Source: Candidatus Kapaibacterium sp.
Lineage (GTDB): Bacteria > Bacteroidota > Ignavibacteria > Kapaibacteriales > UBA2268
DNA length: 64,000 bases
Direction: 5' to 3'
Assembly (NCBI GenBank): GCA_963665665.1
Contig: OY762428.1
Location: 3,744,001-3,808,000, forward strand
Shown here: in pieces, positions 32,299 to 42,804 of the stretch
How the letters are laid out: every line of letters begins with the position of its first letter
Position numbering within the stretch: the first letter of the stretch is position 1
The notes under the pieces: generated by a model
Seen by the model: only the letters and a program-made list of their open reading frames with translations
Database searches by the model: none
What the model was told of the DNA's origin: nothing
Position numbers and translations under genes: made by a program

Positions 32299-32722
32299 AT
32301 TTTGACAGCATTTATGAATATATATACAATTCAACTGAAGTCAAGTGAATGTTCAGGAAGTACGATTTTCAAATTCATAATAGTTTATATTCAATTAAAT
32401 AAGTATTATATTTTTTTAATTTTTATTAATATTTGTAATTATTATCACTACATATTCTTTTATATTGCTATAAACATATATATATTAATAGTTTATATAA
32501 TTCAAAAAACAATAAATATTTATAATTTCAATTTAAAGAAATTTTGTAACATTTTTTAAACTTGCAAAAAATACCACAGAAGTTTGTATTTAAGCTGTTT
32601 TTTCAATAAATTTATACAATTGATGTGACGATATGTTTTTATTGTTTTTTATTGGTATTACAGTAAATTATTAAAAAAGAAATAAAATATTTGTTTGTAT
32701 TAAGTTATCATAAGGAAGGATT

Positions 32723-35700
32723 ATGAAGCTTTTCAAGACACTCAGTCTTCTAACGGTTTTATTTTTCATGTGCTTCGGCATATCTAAAGCCCAGTTAGGC
32801 GGTACCGTAACAGTTGGTACCGGAGGTAATTACACCTCACTTGCTACTCTATTTAGCACAATTCAGTCCAACGGACTGTCAAGCAATCTCGTTATTGAAA
32901 TTGTCAGCGACCTTAATCTTGGTACAGCCGGCGCTGAACTGAGAATGTGGACCTATGGCACTTCATATTCAGTAACAATGCGGCCTACAGGCGGCGACAG
33001 GAGAATTTACGGTTCAATATCCGGTACAAAGGGATTGATTGAACTTGCATCAGTCCACAATTTTATAATTGACGGACGTATCGACGGCACTGGTAGCGGC
33101 AGGCATCTGACGCTCGAAAACACATCTACAGGCACTTATGCTGCCCTTGTTTGGCTGCAGAGCGCTGGTTCCAACAACGGCTGCCAGGATATTACTGTTA
33201 GGAATTGTAATTTAATTGGCGGTTCCTATACTTCCAGTTATACAATTGGTATTGCAGGAACAAGCACTACATCACTTTCATCAGGCGGTTATGACCATGA
33301 TGATATCACAATTCATGATAATAGCTTTAAACGCTTGTACTACGCCATGAACATTTATGGCCAGAGTTCAACTCTGACTTATCGCAACGAAGGTATTACA
33401 GTAACTGATAATACCATTGGTTCCGAAGTCAGCTCAGACAGGGTTTACTACTATGGTATTCGTATTTACTACGGAGCTGATGTAGAAATTACCGGTAATG
33501 AAATCTTCAATTTCGGTACTACTTCAGCTTATCCTGTTTACTTGTACTATGTTGACGGGGTAATATTTAATGACAACGTAATGCATGATTTTAATAATTA
33601 TGGCGTTTATTCATATTATCTCTCGGGCGATTGTGAGTTTAACGATAATATGTTATACCAGTCAGAATTAACATCATATAATTTCTATTATGGCCTTTAT
33701 CTCAGGTTCTCATCATCAACATCATATCCTGTTGGAGATATTGAAATCAAGGATAACGATATACAGAATTGCCGTTATTATGGGTTATATGCATATTATG
33801 CAGATGATGCCGATATTTCAGGCAATCATATCCATAATTTTAATTATTCTAATTCCTACCTGGCAGGCATCTATCTCTATTATGCCGATGGCGCTGTATT
33901 GACAAAGAATAGAATTCACGACATTACCAGCACTTATTCAAGTGGTGGCGGTACTTATGGGATCTATCACTATTATAGTAATGATACGAAACTTATTGAA
34001 AACGAGATTTATGACCTGAGTAATACAGGTAACGGAACAACTTACTATTATGGTGTTCATGGTATCAGGATGTATGGTTCAGATAATACAGCCATGTATC
34101 ACAACCTGATATATCTCGACGGTGCTTTTACTGGTAGTGCAACAAGTAAATCCTCGTGTATATTCTTTTCAGGTTCAGCTATCAACGAATGTGACTTCCA
34201 GAATAATATATTCATAAACAGGATGACAGGTGGTACTGCAGAACAGTATATTTATTACCTGTATTATGGCCAGTCAGACTTCGATGAAGTTGATTACAAT
34301 GCCTATGACATGACGGGTGCTACCAATGCTTATTTTGCTTATGACGATGATATGTTCCAGTGGTATAACACACTCGAAGATTTTGCCGGATATAATGGAA
34401 ACGATGCAAACTCAACAGAACGTTACATACAGTTCAAAGCTTATGAAGACTGGCATCTTGACGGCGAAACAGCTACAGACCCGTCAATGAACTGTAATAG
34501 GAAATCAGATGTTATGACTGATATGGATGATATCGACAGGTCGCTTACAACAACTATGGGCCTTGATGAAGTAAGAATGGAAGTTGGAATGGCTTCCGGC
34601 GGTGATATCAACCAGTATGAAGAAAGAATGTGCGACGGATCATCCATAAGCTATTCATTTACAGCCGAAGTAACCGGATTTGCTGATGAGGTTCCCAGAA
34701 CTGTTCCTCCTGCAAAATTCAACTATTCATGGTTCCACAACGATGCATGGATGAATCCTGCCCTTGATCCGAACATGACAGTTGAAGACAACACAATGAC
34801 TGTTGACAACTTTGGCGAGGATTACGAAGGCTGGTACGTTGCCGTGGCTACTCTTGGCGACCTGTCAGTTACATCCAGTACTTCAACAGTTGAAATGGAA
34901 CCTCCGGCAGACTTCACAGTTGAACCGGTTGAATATGCTTCTTCTTGCGAAGACTCAGAACCGATTTACCTTAATGTTGACGCTTCCGGTATCTACGAAG
35001 GATTCCAGTGGCAGAAACAGGACGGCGAAGGCAACTGGAACGATATTGAAGGAGCCACCCGCGATGAACTGATGATCCCTGCAAATGACATTGAAAATGC
35101 AATGGGATTCTACAGGGCAAGGTTTGTAAATCCGAAATGTACTCCTGTCAGAGATTATTCAAATGCAGCAGAAGTTTTCTTCTACGAAAAAGTTAAGAAT
35201 ATTTCAGCAATGTCACCGACAAAAAATAAATTACAGCTCTGCATGGGTGCTGATGCTGAATTTATGGTTACAGCCGACGGTTATGTAACCGGTTATCAGT
35301 GGTATTTCTCTGAAGATGGTGAAAACTGGATAAAAATAAATACACGCAGAAATGAAACAGCCGGTACAGACCACCTTGTTCTTGAAGATCTCGAAGTTAT
35401 GGAATCCGGTTATTATCGCTGTGAAGTTATTGGTAATACACTTTGTAACCCGCAGTCATACCTAAGTAATGCAATTGAAATTCAGGTTTGGCCGATGTAT
35501 GACATCGTTTCACATCCTGAAGGAATGGTTGTATGCGAAGGCGAAGACGTGGAACTTAACTTCATCGGCGACGGTGTTCTCCATGCTATTCACTGGCAGA
35601 GAGACGGCGTTGACATTAACCAGGAAGACAATCCGAGCGCAGGTACTCCTCTGCTCCAGCTTCCTGAACTCAGCTATGAAACATCAGGTGTTTATCGTGC

Positions 35701-36910
35701 ACGTCTTACTATCGAAGACTGCCGCGGTATAATCGACCTTTATACAAAATCAGCTCTTGTTTATGCTCTTACTGATCCTGAGATAGTAAAACAGCCGATG
35801 ACAAAAGCTGCAAACGAAGGCAAAAGTTTATTCTTTGAAGTTCGCGCTCATGTACGCGAAGAAGGCGAACCGATTGAAAGATTCGAATACCAGTGGTATC
35901 GTGGCACAACTCCTCTTGTTGACGACGGTCGTATCGCAGGCGCTCAGTCTTCAATCCTTTCAATAACAAATGTTCTTGCAAGCGATTATGGCAACGATTA
36001 CTCGGTATTCGTTAAGGGCCAGTGCGGCGAAACACAGTCTGACGTATTCTCAATCAATGCAGGCCCGTCAATCAATATTACATTGCAGCCCGTTGATAAC
36101 TCAGAATGCGAAACAGGAAACGCTCAGTTTGTTATCGACGTTGAAGGTAACAACACAACAAGTATTGATTACCAGTGGACAAAAGACGGCGCTGACCTGA
36201 TGGATGATGCACGCATTACAGGTTCTAACTCAATGACTTTCTCAATTGCAGGCCTAATGCCTTCTGATGCCGGTACTTATAACTGTAAAGTTACTGCACA
36301 GCCCGGCGATCTGATGGCTGTAACAGACGATGCAATGATTGAAGTTAAAGACCTCCCGGTTATTACCGGACAGTCTGACGACCTGACAGTTGATGCCAGC
36401 CGTTCATTCAGTATTGAAGTTGAAGCAACAGGCTACGAACCAATGACATACCAGTGGATGCTTGACGGAAACGATATTGCAGGCGCAGTTGACGCTATGT
36501 ACAGCGTAGCATCCGCTACAGTTTCAGACGCAGGTATTTATACATGTAAAGTAATGAATGAATGCGGCGAAGTAACAAGCGCCGACATCCAGGTTACTGT
36601 AAACATGAGTGGTGTGAATGGTGTGAATGATGCAGTTGCAGGCGGATTTGTTCTTCTTGGCAATACTCCTAACCCATTCGATTTCGAAACAGAAATTTCC
36701 TTCGTAGCTCCTTACGAAGCTGACGTGAAAGTTTCTGTTACTGATATGTACGGTAAAGAAGTTGCAGTTCTATTCAACGGAATGGCAACATCAGGACTGA
36801 ACAAATTCAGCTTTAACTCCGGCGATTACAACCTAAGCTCAGGTGTTTATTACTACACAATGACAACACAGGGCTACTCTGTAACACGCAAGATGATCAT
36901 CGTTAAATAA
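32723..36910 (+). CDS. Large T9SS-secreted surface protein: parallel beta-helix repeats + tandem Ig-like domains + T9SS CTD
   Basis: Sec signal; repeated I-x-x-N-x-I / YG(I/L)Y helix turns; Ig motifs YQW...D-x-G-x-Y-x-C; C-terminal NTPNPF...GVYYY...KMIIVK. Confidence 0.85.
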   Translation: MKLFKTLSLLTVLFFMCFGISKAQLGGTVTVGTGGNYTSLATLFSTIQSNGLSSNLVIEIVSDLNLGTAGAELRMWTYGTSYSVTMRPTGGDRRIYGSISGTKGLIELASVHNFIIDGRIDGTGSGRHLTLENTSTGTYAALVWLQSAGSNNGCQDITVRNCNLIGGSYTSSYTIGIAGTSTTSLSSGGYDHDDITIHDNSFKRLYYAMNIYGQSSTLTYRNEGITVTDNTIGSEVSSDRVYYYGIRIYYGADVEITGNEIFNFGTTSAYPVYLYYVDGVIFNDNVMHDFNNYGVYSYYLSGDCEFNDNMLYQSELTSYNFYYGLYLRFSSSTSYPVGDIEIKDNDIQNCRYYGLYAYYADDADISGNHIHNFNYSNSYLAGIYLYYADGAVLTKNRIHDITSTYSSGGGTYGIYHYYSNDTKLIENEIYDLSNTGNGTTYYYGVHGIRMYGSDNTAMYHNLIYLDGAFTGSATSKSSCIFFSGSAINECDFQNNIFINRMTGGTAEQYIYYLYYGQSDFDEVDYNAYDMTGATNAYFAYDDDMFQWYNTLEDFAGYNGNDANSTERYIQFKAYEDWHLDGETATDPSMNCNRKSDVMTDMDDIDRSLTTTMGLDEVRMEVGMASGGDINQYEERMCDGSSISYSFTAEVTGFADEVPRTVPPAKFNYSWFHNDAWMNPALDPNMTVEDNTMTVDNFGEDYEGWYVAVATLGDLSVTSSTSTVEMEPPADFTVEPVEYASSCEDSEPIYLNVDASGIYEGFQWQKQDGEGNWNDIEGATRDELMIPANDIENAMGFYRARFVNPKCTPVRDYSNAAEVFFYEKVKNISAMSPTKNKLQLCMGADAEFMVTADGYVTGYQWYFSEDGENWIKINTRRNETAGTDHLVLEDLEVMESGYYRCEVIGNTLCNPQSYLSNAIEIQVWPMYDIVSHPEGMVVCEGEDVELNFIGDGVLHAIHWQRDGVDINQEDNPSAGTPLLQLPELSYETSGVYRARLTIEDCRGIIDLYTKSALVYALTDPEIVKQPMTKAANEGKSLFFEVRAHVREEGEPIERFEYQWYRGTTPLVDDGRIAGAQSSILSITNVLASDYGNDYSVFVKGQCGETQSDVFSINAGPSINITLQPVDNSECETGNAQFVIDVEGNNTTSIDYQWTKDGADLMDDARITGSNSMTFSIAGLMPSDAGTYNCKVTAQPGDLMAVTDDAMIEVKDLPVITGQSDDLTVDASRSFSIEVEATGYEPMTYQWMLDGNDIAGAVDAMYSVASATVSDAGIYTCKVMNECGEVTSADIQVTVNMSGVNGVNDAVAGGFVLLGNTPNPFDFETEISFVAPYEADVKVSVTDMYGKEVAVLFNGMATSGLNKFSFNSGDYNLSSGVYYYTMTTQGYSVTRKMIIVK

Positions 36911-36928
36911 TAGCGATAAGATATTATA

Positions 36929-36962
36929 AAAAAAGCCCCGGCTTATGTCGGGGCTTTTTTTT
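36929..36962. terminator. Bidirectional intrinsic terminator
   Basis: AAAAAAGCCCCGGC-TTAT-GTCGGGGCTTTTTTTT between convergent genes. Confidence 0.88.
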
Positions 36963-37051
36963 GCATACTTTCTTCTTTCACGGGGCTGCCTTACTGGCTT
37001 GAGAAACTATTATTTAATAGAACTGAGTCATCTGGCGAAAACCAACATTAT

Positions 37052-39244
37052 TTAGTGAATAAACAGAAGTTCCCTGTATTTTGGCAGCGGCCATATCTCA
37101 TCGTCAACAATTAGTTCAAGTTTGTCAATATGGTAACGTATTTCGTTAAGATATGGAAAGACATTTTCAGAATACATTTTGGCTTTGTTGAAGCTGCCTT
37201 CAATTTTGTTAGCTTTTTTTCTTTCTTCTATCATATCAAACACACCGGATTTGATATTTGTTATGTGGTGGGAAATATTTTTTATAAGATCCATTCTGTT
37301 TCCGGCAAGGTCATTAAATTCTTTATCACATGATGTAACTGACTTTAGTAATTTAATATTCTCCATCAACCTGTTCTGATATTTCACCGCGATAGGTACG
37401 ATATGATTTATTGCCAGATCACCCAATACGCGAGCTTCTATTTGTATCTTCAGGGTGTAGCTTTCGTGCATAACCTCGGTACGGCTGAAAATTTCTCTTT
37501 CGGATAGTATATGCTGTGAAGTAAATAAATCCTTTGCCTCTTTTGATTCGTAGGCGCTGATTGCGTCCGGTACATTGGTAATATTAGTAAGTCCTTTTTG
37601 GGCTGCTTCCTTTTTCCAATCATCACTATAACCGTCACCTTCGAACCTGACGGATTTCGAGGCTTTTATACAATTTCTCAGAGCCTGGAAAATTGCTTCA
37701 TCCTTATTTACCCCGCTTTCCGTCAGTGCCTCCACTTTCATCCTGAATTCATTGAGCTGCTTTGCCACTGCCGTATTCAGAACTGTTATCGGCGCGGCAC
37801 AGTTTGCCGAAGAGCCGACAGCCCTGAACTCAAACCTGTTTCCGGTAAATGCAAAAGGTGAAGTTCTGTTTCTGTCGGTATTGTCAAGAAGGATTTCAGG
37901 AATTTTACCGATATCCAGCTTAAGGGCAGTTTTTTCGTCCGGGGTCATTTTTTTGCTTGAAACCTGTGCCTCTATCTGATCCAGCATTTTGCTGACTTCC
38001 TTGCCAAGGAAGCATGACATGATAGCAGGCGGGGCTTCATTAGCGCCAAGCCTGTGTGCATTGGACGCGGACGATACGCTCGCCCTGATCAGATCCTGGT
38101 TGTCATATACAGCTTTGATAGTATTCACGATGAAAACAAGGAATTGAGTATTTTTCTTGGGGGTTTTGCCGGGTTTGAAAAGATTTACCCCGGTGTTCGT
38201 TTGCAAAGACCAGTTGTTATGTTTGCCGCTGCCGTTAATTCCCTTAAATGGTTTTTCATGAAACAGTACTCTGAACCTGTGTTTGCGAGCAATTCTTTTC
38301 ATCAGGTCCATCAGCAGTGAATTATGATCAACTGCCAGGTTGCATTCTTCAAAAATAGGGGCTACTTCAAACTGGTTCGGAGCTACTTCGTTATGTCTTG
38401 TTTTTATTGGAATGCCCAGTTTGTATGCTTCAATTTCCAGGTGTACCATAAAGTTCTTAACTCTTTCCGGTATCGAACCAAAATAATGATCGTCAAGCTG
38501 CTGATCTTTTGCAGAGGCATGCCCCATAAGTGTTCTGCCTGTCAGCGCCAGGTCAGGCCTTGCATAATACAATGCTTCGTCAATCAGGAAATATTCCTGC
38601 TCCCACCCAAGATTTGCCTGAACTTTTTCTACGTTTTTATCAAAGTACTTACAAACTGCTGTTGCTTCTTTATCTATTGCAGCGAGCGATTTCAGTAACG
38701 GTGTTTTATGATCGAGTACGTCGCCTGTATAGGATATGAATATAGTAGGGATACAGAATGTATTATCAATGATAAACGCCGGGGATGCCGGATCCCAGGC
38801 AGTATATCCCCTGGCTTCGAATGTATTCCTGATACCGCCGTGAGGAAATGAAGAAGCGTCAGGTTCCTGCTGGGCAAGCGCATTACCGTCAAATCTTTCC
38901 ACCACCCTGCCGTCAACGGAATGCTCAATAAAAGCGTCGTGCTTTTCGGCAGTTCCCCCGGTTAATGGCTGAAACCAGTGAGTATAGTGAGTAACACCTT
39001 TATCCAGCGCCCATGCTTTCATACCGATGGCAATTTCATCGGCCATTTTCCTGTTTACAGGTTTGCCGGTTTCAATAGATTCTATTACGTGTTCGTAAGC
39101 AGTTTTCGAAAGATACTTCTCCATTTTTTTCCTGTCGAATACATTTTCAGCAAAATATTCCGATGTCAGGGGGCGGGGCGGCTGTATTTCAACAGCTTTC
39201 CTGTCGAATACTTTATCAAGGGCCTTGAAGCGAAAAACAGACAT
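37052..39244 (-). CDS. glnA: Glutamine synthetase type III (GlnN)
   Basis: 730 aa; THYTHWFQPLT, EPDASSFP, HNEVAPNQFE, GSGKHNNWS, RLGANEAPP, DRNRTSPFAFTGNRFEFR. Confidence 0.96.
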   Translation of the reverse strand: MSVFRFKALDKVFDRKAVEIQPPRPLTSEYFAENVFDRKKMEKYLSKTAYEHVIESIETGKPVNRKMADEIAIGMKAWALDKGVTHYTHWFQPLTGGTAEKHDAFIEHSVDGRVVERFDGNALAQQEPDASSFPHGGIRNTFEARGYTAWDPASPAFIIDNTFCIPTIFISYTGDVLDHKTPLLKSLAAIDKEATAVCKYFDKNVEKVQANLGWEQEYFLIDEALYYARPDLALTGRTLMGHASAKDQQLDDHYFGSIPERVKNFMVHLEIEAYKLGIPIKTRHNEVAPNQFEVAPIFEECNLAVDHNSLLMDLMKRIARKHRFRVLFHEKPFKGINGSGKHNNWSLQTNTGVNLFKPGKTPKKNTQFLVFIVNTIKAVYDNQDLIRASVSSASNAHRLGANEAPPAIMSCFLGKEVSKMLDQIEAQVSSKKMTPDEKTALKLDIGKIPEILLDNTDRNRTSPFAFTGNRFEFRAVGSSANCAAPITVLNTAVAKQLNEFRMKVEALTESGVNKDEAIFQALRNCIKASKSVRFEGDGYSDDWKKEAAQKGLTNITNVPDAISAYESKEAKDLFTSQHILSEREIFSRTEVMHESYTLKIQIEARVLGDLAINHIVPIAVKYQNRLMENIKLLKSVTSCDKEFNDLAGNRMDLIKNISHHITNIKSGVFDMIEERKKANKIEGSFNKAKMYSENVFPYLNEIRYHIDKLELIVDDEIWPLPKYRELLFIH

Positions 39245-39277
39245 AACATACTCCTAATAGAAAAAATCAATGTTTTA

Positions 39278-39324
39278 CAAAAATAGCATAAATTTTATCA
39301 ATACCCTGTAATTACTAAGGGGTA
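39278..39324 (-). promoter_or_regulatory. glnA(III) promoter: -7 box plus TACCC-N13-GGGTA inverted repeat
   Basis: TATTTTTG on the minus strand at 39278-39285; TACCCTGTAATTACTAAGGGGTA at 39302-39324. Confidence 0.5.
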
Positions 39325-39600
39325 ATACGAGAAATTGATGTATTTATTTCCATTCATACCCCTAAAAATTTCATTACATCAATAATATTTGAAATAATTA
39401 TATTTTTTCTATCCTTAATTCAATGAATAAAACAGGTCATAATTTTTGCATCTGATTATAAATTTTACGATATTTACAAATAGGATGCAATCATGGGGGT
39501 ATCCTTAATTAAATTTTTGAATTATTAATATTGCTGATTACTACTGTTATCTTTTAATTGTAAAAAGATGAATTAAATTATTTCTAATATAAATACAGGT

Positions 39601-41757
39601 TTGATGATGAAAAAGATTGTCCCGATCATAATCGCATCGCTGATTTTTGTAGTTAATGCTTATTCAAAAACTGATACCGTGAATATCAAATACGGAGTTT
39701 ACGGAGGAGTTAACCTCAACTTCCACAGCGCTGAATTTTATAAGCTCGATGGCATCCCTAACTGTTGCCAGGGCTTCGAAAACGGAGATGGGCTTGGGTT
39801 TAATGCCGGAATTCTGATTGATTACAGAATTGCCGAAAAACTTTTCCTTGCCGGCAGGCTGGGATTCATGACTCTCGACGGCGAACTTATTCAGGAGGAA
39901 ACAACTGAAATTCACACGCCCGAAGGCCCCGAGCAGGGTATTTTCGAACATCGTTTGACGGGAAAGTTTTTCAACCTGGGTTTTGAACCTGCCGTTATGT
40001 ACAATCCTTTCGGCAGTTTTTATGTATCAGGCGGAATGAGATTCGGAATAAATATGACCTCCGATTTTGACCAGATAGAGGAAATCACCAAACCCGAAAA
40101 ATACGGTACATTCATGGATGAAAATGACAACGATACGCACAGCCGTACCAGGAATGACATTTCCGGCGAAATTCCTAATGCAATTTCATTCCAGATGGCG
40201 CTTCAGGGCGGAGTAAGCTATGAACTCCCGCTGAACAGGGCGAATACTTTAAGGCTGGTTCCTGAATTGCAATACTATTTACCTCTTGGCGAGCTTGTCA
40301 GCGACACGAAGTGGAAGGTTCAGTCGTTAAGGGCTGGCGTGGCTATAAAATACGCGCCTTCAACAAGTCCGGAATTCGAACATATATTCAAACAGGAAAC
40401 AGATATCGATACGGTAGAAATTCCTTCGGATGTTTATGCCGAGGAAACATATATTGAAGGTAAATCAATATCGAGTGTCAATACGGTTGAGGATGGAAAT
40501 ACAATAATTGAAACTGAACTGACCACAAGAATTGATACTATTTATACCCCCGTTAAATATGCGCTTGAAGGCAGAATCAGCGCTTATGGCGTTGACGACG
40601 ACGGCAAAGAGATACCGAATCCGGTGTTCCGCATTGAGGAATTTGTAGCCAACAGGCTGGACCCGCTGCTTAATTATCTGTTCTTTGCCGACGGTTCAAC
40701 GGAAATTCCCGAAAGATATTCGCTGCTTAAAGAAGCCGACACTGATAAATTCTGCATAGACAGCCTTTATAACGAGGAAACACTTGATATTTATTACCAG
40801 ATATTGAATATCATCGGACGCAGAATGCAGAAAAATGCTAACGCGGCTATTACAATAACAGGTTGCAACTCCAATACCGGTGTTGAGAAAGGTAACAAGA
40901 CGCTATCGGCTGCAAGGGCTGAAAACGTTGCCAGATACCTGCGCGATGTATGGGGAATTGACGGATCAAGGATTAGCGTTAAATCCCGCAACCTGCCGGA
41001 GCTTGCATCAACTCCTATCACACAACCCGAGAAAATTGCGGAAAACCGCAGGGTGGAAATTACTTCCAACAATGCAAAAATTCTTGAGCCTATATTTATA
41101 AGCAGGATAGACCGCACCTCCAACCCGCCGATAGCAAGATTCAAAGCTGAGGGCAGCGCCGAAGCAGGGCTCAGAGAATGGTCTATCGAGGCATATCAGA
41201 ATGCTGCCCCGGATGATAAATTCTTTGCAAGCGGAAAAAATACAGTTAAGCCCCAGGTGGACTGGAAAATGGAAAGCATACAGAAAATTATCCCGCGCGC
41301 TGCCGAGCCTGTGATATTTATACTGAACCTGACCGACAAAAAGAACCAGGAAAAACAGGTAAAAGGCAGTACACAGCCAATCGAAGTAATATCGGTGCAG
41401 AAGAAAAGGGCCATGCGCGAAGGCGATTTCGAGATAGAAAAATTCAGCCTCATACTGTTTGGCTTTGATAAATCCGATATCGAGGGAGGAAACCGAGAGA
41501 TTATCAATATGATAAAAAGCAGGATCAAGCCCGGCTCGCAGATTGAAATTAAGGGTTACACCGACCGCACCGGCGACGACGACTACAACAGCAGGCTGTC
41601 CGAACGCCGCGCCACCAGCGCAAAATCCGCTCTTGGCCGCAACGATGCCCAATCAGTAGGAATTGGCGAAGCTGAACTTCTCTACAATAACGAATTGCCC
41701 GAAGGCCGTTTCTACTGCCGTACCGTTGTTATCACGGTAAAGACACGGGTAGAATAG
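39601..41757 (+). CDS. Outer-membrane beta-barrel protein with two OmpA-like peptidoglycan-binding domains
   Basis: Signal peptide and alternating beta-strand N-terminal region (YGVYGGVNLN...SLRAGVAIKY); OmpA motifs LSAARAENV...NRRVEI and GYTDRTG...LSERRA...CRTV. Confidence 0.8.
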   Translation: MMMKKIVPIIIASLIFVVNAYSKTDTVNIKYGVYGGVNLNFHSAEFYKLDGIPNCCQGFENGDGLGFNAGILIDYRIAEKLFLAGRLGFMTLDGELIQEETTEIHTPEGPEQGIFEHRLTGKFFNLGFEPAVMYNPFGSFYVSGGMRFGINMTSDFDQIEEITKPEKYGTFMDENDNDTHSRTRNDISGEIPNAISFQMALQGGVSYELPLNRANTLRLVPELQYYLPLGELVSDTKWKVQSLRAGVAIKYAPSTSPEFEHIFKQETDIDTVEIPSDVYAEETYIEGKSISSVNTVEDGNTIIETELTTRIDTIYTPVKYALEGRISAYGVDDDGKEIPNPVFRIEEFVANRLDPLLNYLFFADGSTEIPERYSLLKEADTDKFCIDSLYNEETLDIYYQILNIIGRRMQKNANAAITITGCNSNTGVEKGNKTLSAARAENVARYLRDVWGIDGSRISVKSRNLPELASTPITQPEKIAENRRVEITSNNAKILEPIFISRIDRTSNPPIARFKAEGSAEAGLREWSIEAYQNAAPDDKFFASGKNTVKPQVDWKMESIQKIIPRAAEPVIFILNLTDKKNQEKQVKGSTQPIEVISVQKKRAMREGDFEIEKFSLILFGFDKSDIEGGNREIINMIKSRIKPGSQIEIKGYTDRTGDDDYNSRLSERRATSAKSALGRNDAQSVGIGEAELLYNNELPEGRFYCRTVVITVKTRVE

Positions 41758-41775
41758 AAAACAGGGATTTAAGAG

Positions 41776-42804
41776 ATGAAAGAAATTCAGGATTATCATA
41801 GCTTTCTTTCTGAAATAAAGAAGAAAATACGAAATGCTCAATACGAGGCATTGAAGAGTGTAAATAAATACTTGATAAGCCTGTATTGGGATATTGGGAA
41901 AATGATCGTTGAAAAACAGAATATTTCAGGCTGGGGAAAATCCGTAGTAGAAAATCTTTCCAAAGATTTGCATACGGAATTCCCTGACTTAAAGGGATTT
42001 TCGGCAAGAAACTTATGGAATATGAAAGTTTTTTATGAAGAATTTAGTTCAAATGAAATTCTGCAACCATTGGTTGCAGAAATTAGCTGGACAAAACATT
42101 TGCTAATAATGGCTAAGTGCAAGGATGTCAGGGAACGGCAATTTTATATTCTTTCCACAAAAAAATATGGCTGGTCAAAAGATGTCCTTATTCACCAAAT
42201 AGAAAACAAGTCATTTGAAAAATATATTCTTAATCAGAATAATTTTGATGAAACTTTGCCTGTTGAAATTCAAAACCAGGCAAAATTAGCGGTTAAAGAT
42301 TCCTATACTTTCGATTTTCTTGAGCTTGGAGGCCAACACTCTGAAAAAGAGCTTGAAATTGAGCTGGTTAGGAATATTCGAAAATTTCTGCTTGAAATGG
42401 GGAACAATTTTGCATTTATGGGAAATCAATTTAAAATTACTGTTGGGGATACTGATTTCTACATTGATTTGCTTCTTTACCACCGTATTTTAAATTGTCT
42501 TGTGGCAGTAGAATTAAAAGTTGGAGAGTTTAAACCTGAATTTAAAGGTAAAATGGAATTTTATCTGAATGTATTGGATGACAAAGTTAAAATTGATGCA
42601 GAAAATGATTCAATTGGCATTATTATTTGCAAGGATAAAAACCGGGCTATTGTCGAATATGCAATCAAAAACTCTAATCATCCAATAGGCGTTTCCACAT
42701 ATAGAATAACTGACAATTTGCCGGAACACTATAAAAATTTACTTCCCTCATCGGAGATTATTGCTGAAAAAATCGAGTTAATATTAAAAGAGAATGATAA
42801 ATGA
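41776..42804 (+). CDS. YhcG/DUF1016 family PD-(D/E)XK nuclease-like protein
   Basis: LYWDIG, GFSARNL, SWTKH, KDSYTFDFL, FLLEMG, IDLLLYH, VELK. Confidence 0.92.
   Translation: MKEIQDYHSFLSEIKKKIRNAQYEALKSVNKYLISLYWDIGKMIVEKQNISGWGKSVVENLSKDLHTEFPDLKGFSARNLWNMKVFYEEFSSNEILQPLVAEISWTKHLLIMAKCKDVRERQFYILSTKKYGWSKDVLIHQIENKSFEKYILNQNNFDETLPVEIQNQAKLAVKDSYTFDFLELGGQHSEKELEIELVRNIRKFLLEMGNNFAFMGNQFKITVGDTDFYIDLLLYHRILNCLVAVELKVGEFKPEFKGKMEFYLNVLDDKVKIDAENDSIGIIICKDKNRAIVEYAIKNSNHPIGVSTYRITDNLPEHYKNLLPSSEIIAEKIELILKENDK

Noticed and set aside
32302-32559. 85-aa I/Y/N/F-rich ORF
   Set aside because: Low-complexity translation of AT-rich promoter DNA with a TTG start and no RBS.
41008-41652. 214-aa antisense ORF inside the OmpA gene (and the many other antisense or nested ORFs in the track)
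   Set aside because: These are shadow frames of well-supported genes with no recognisable motifs.
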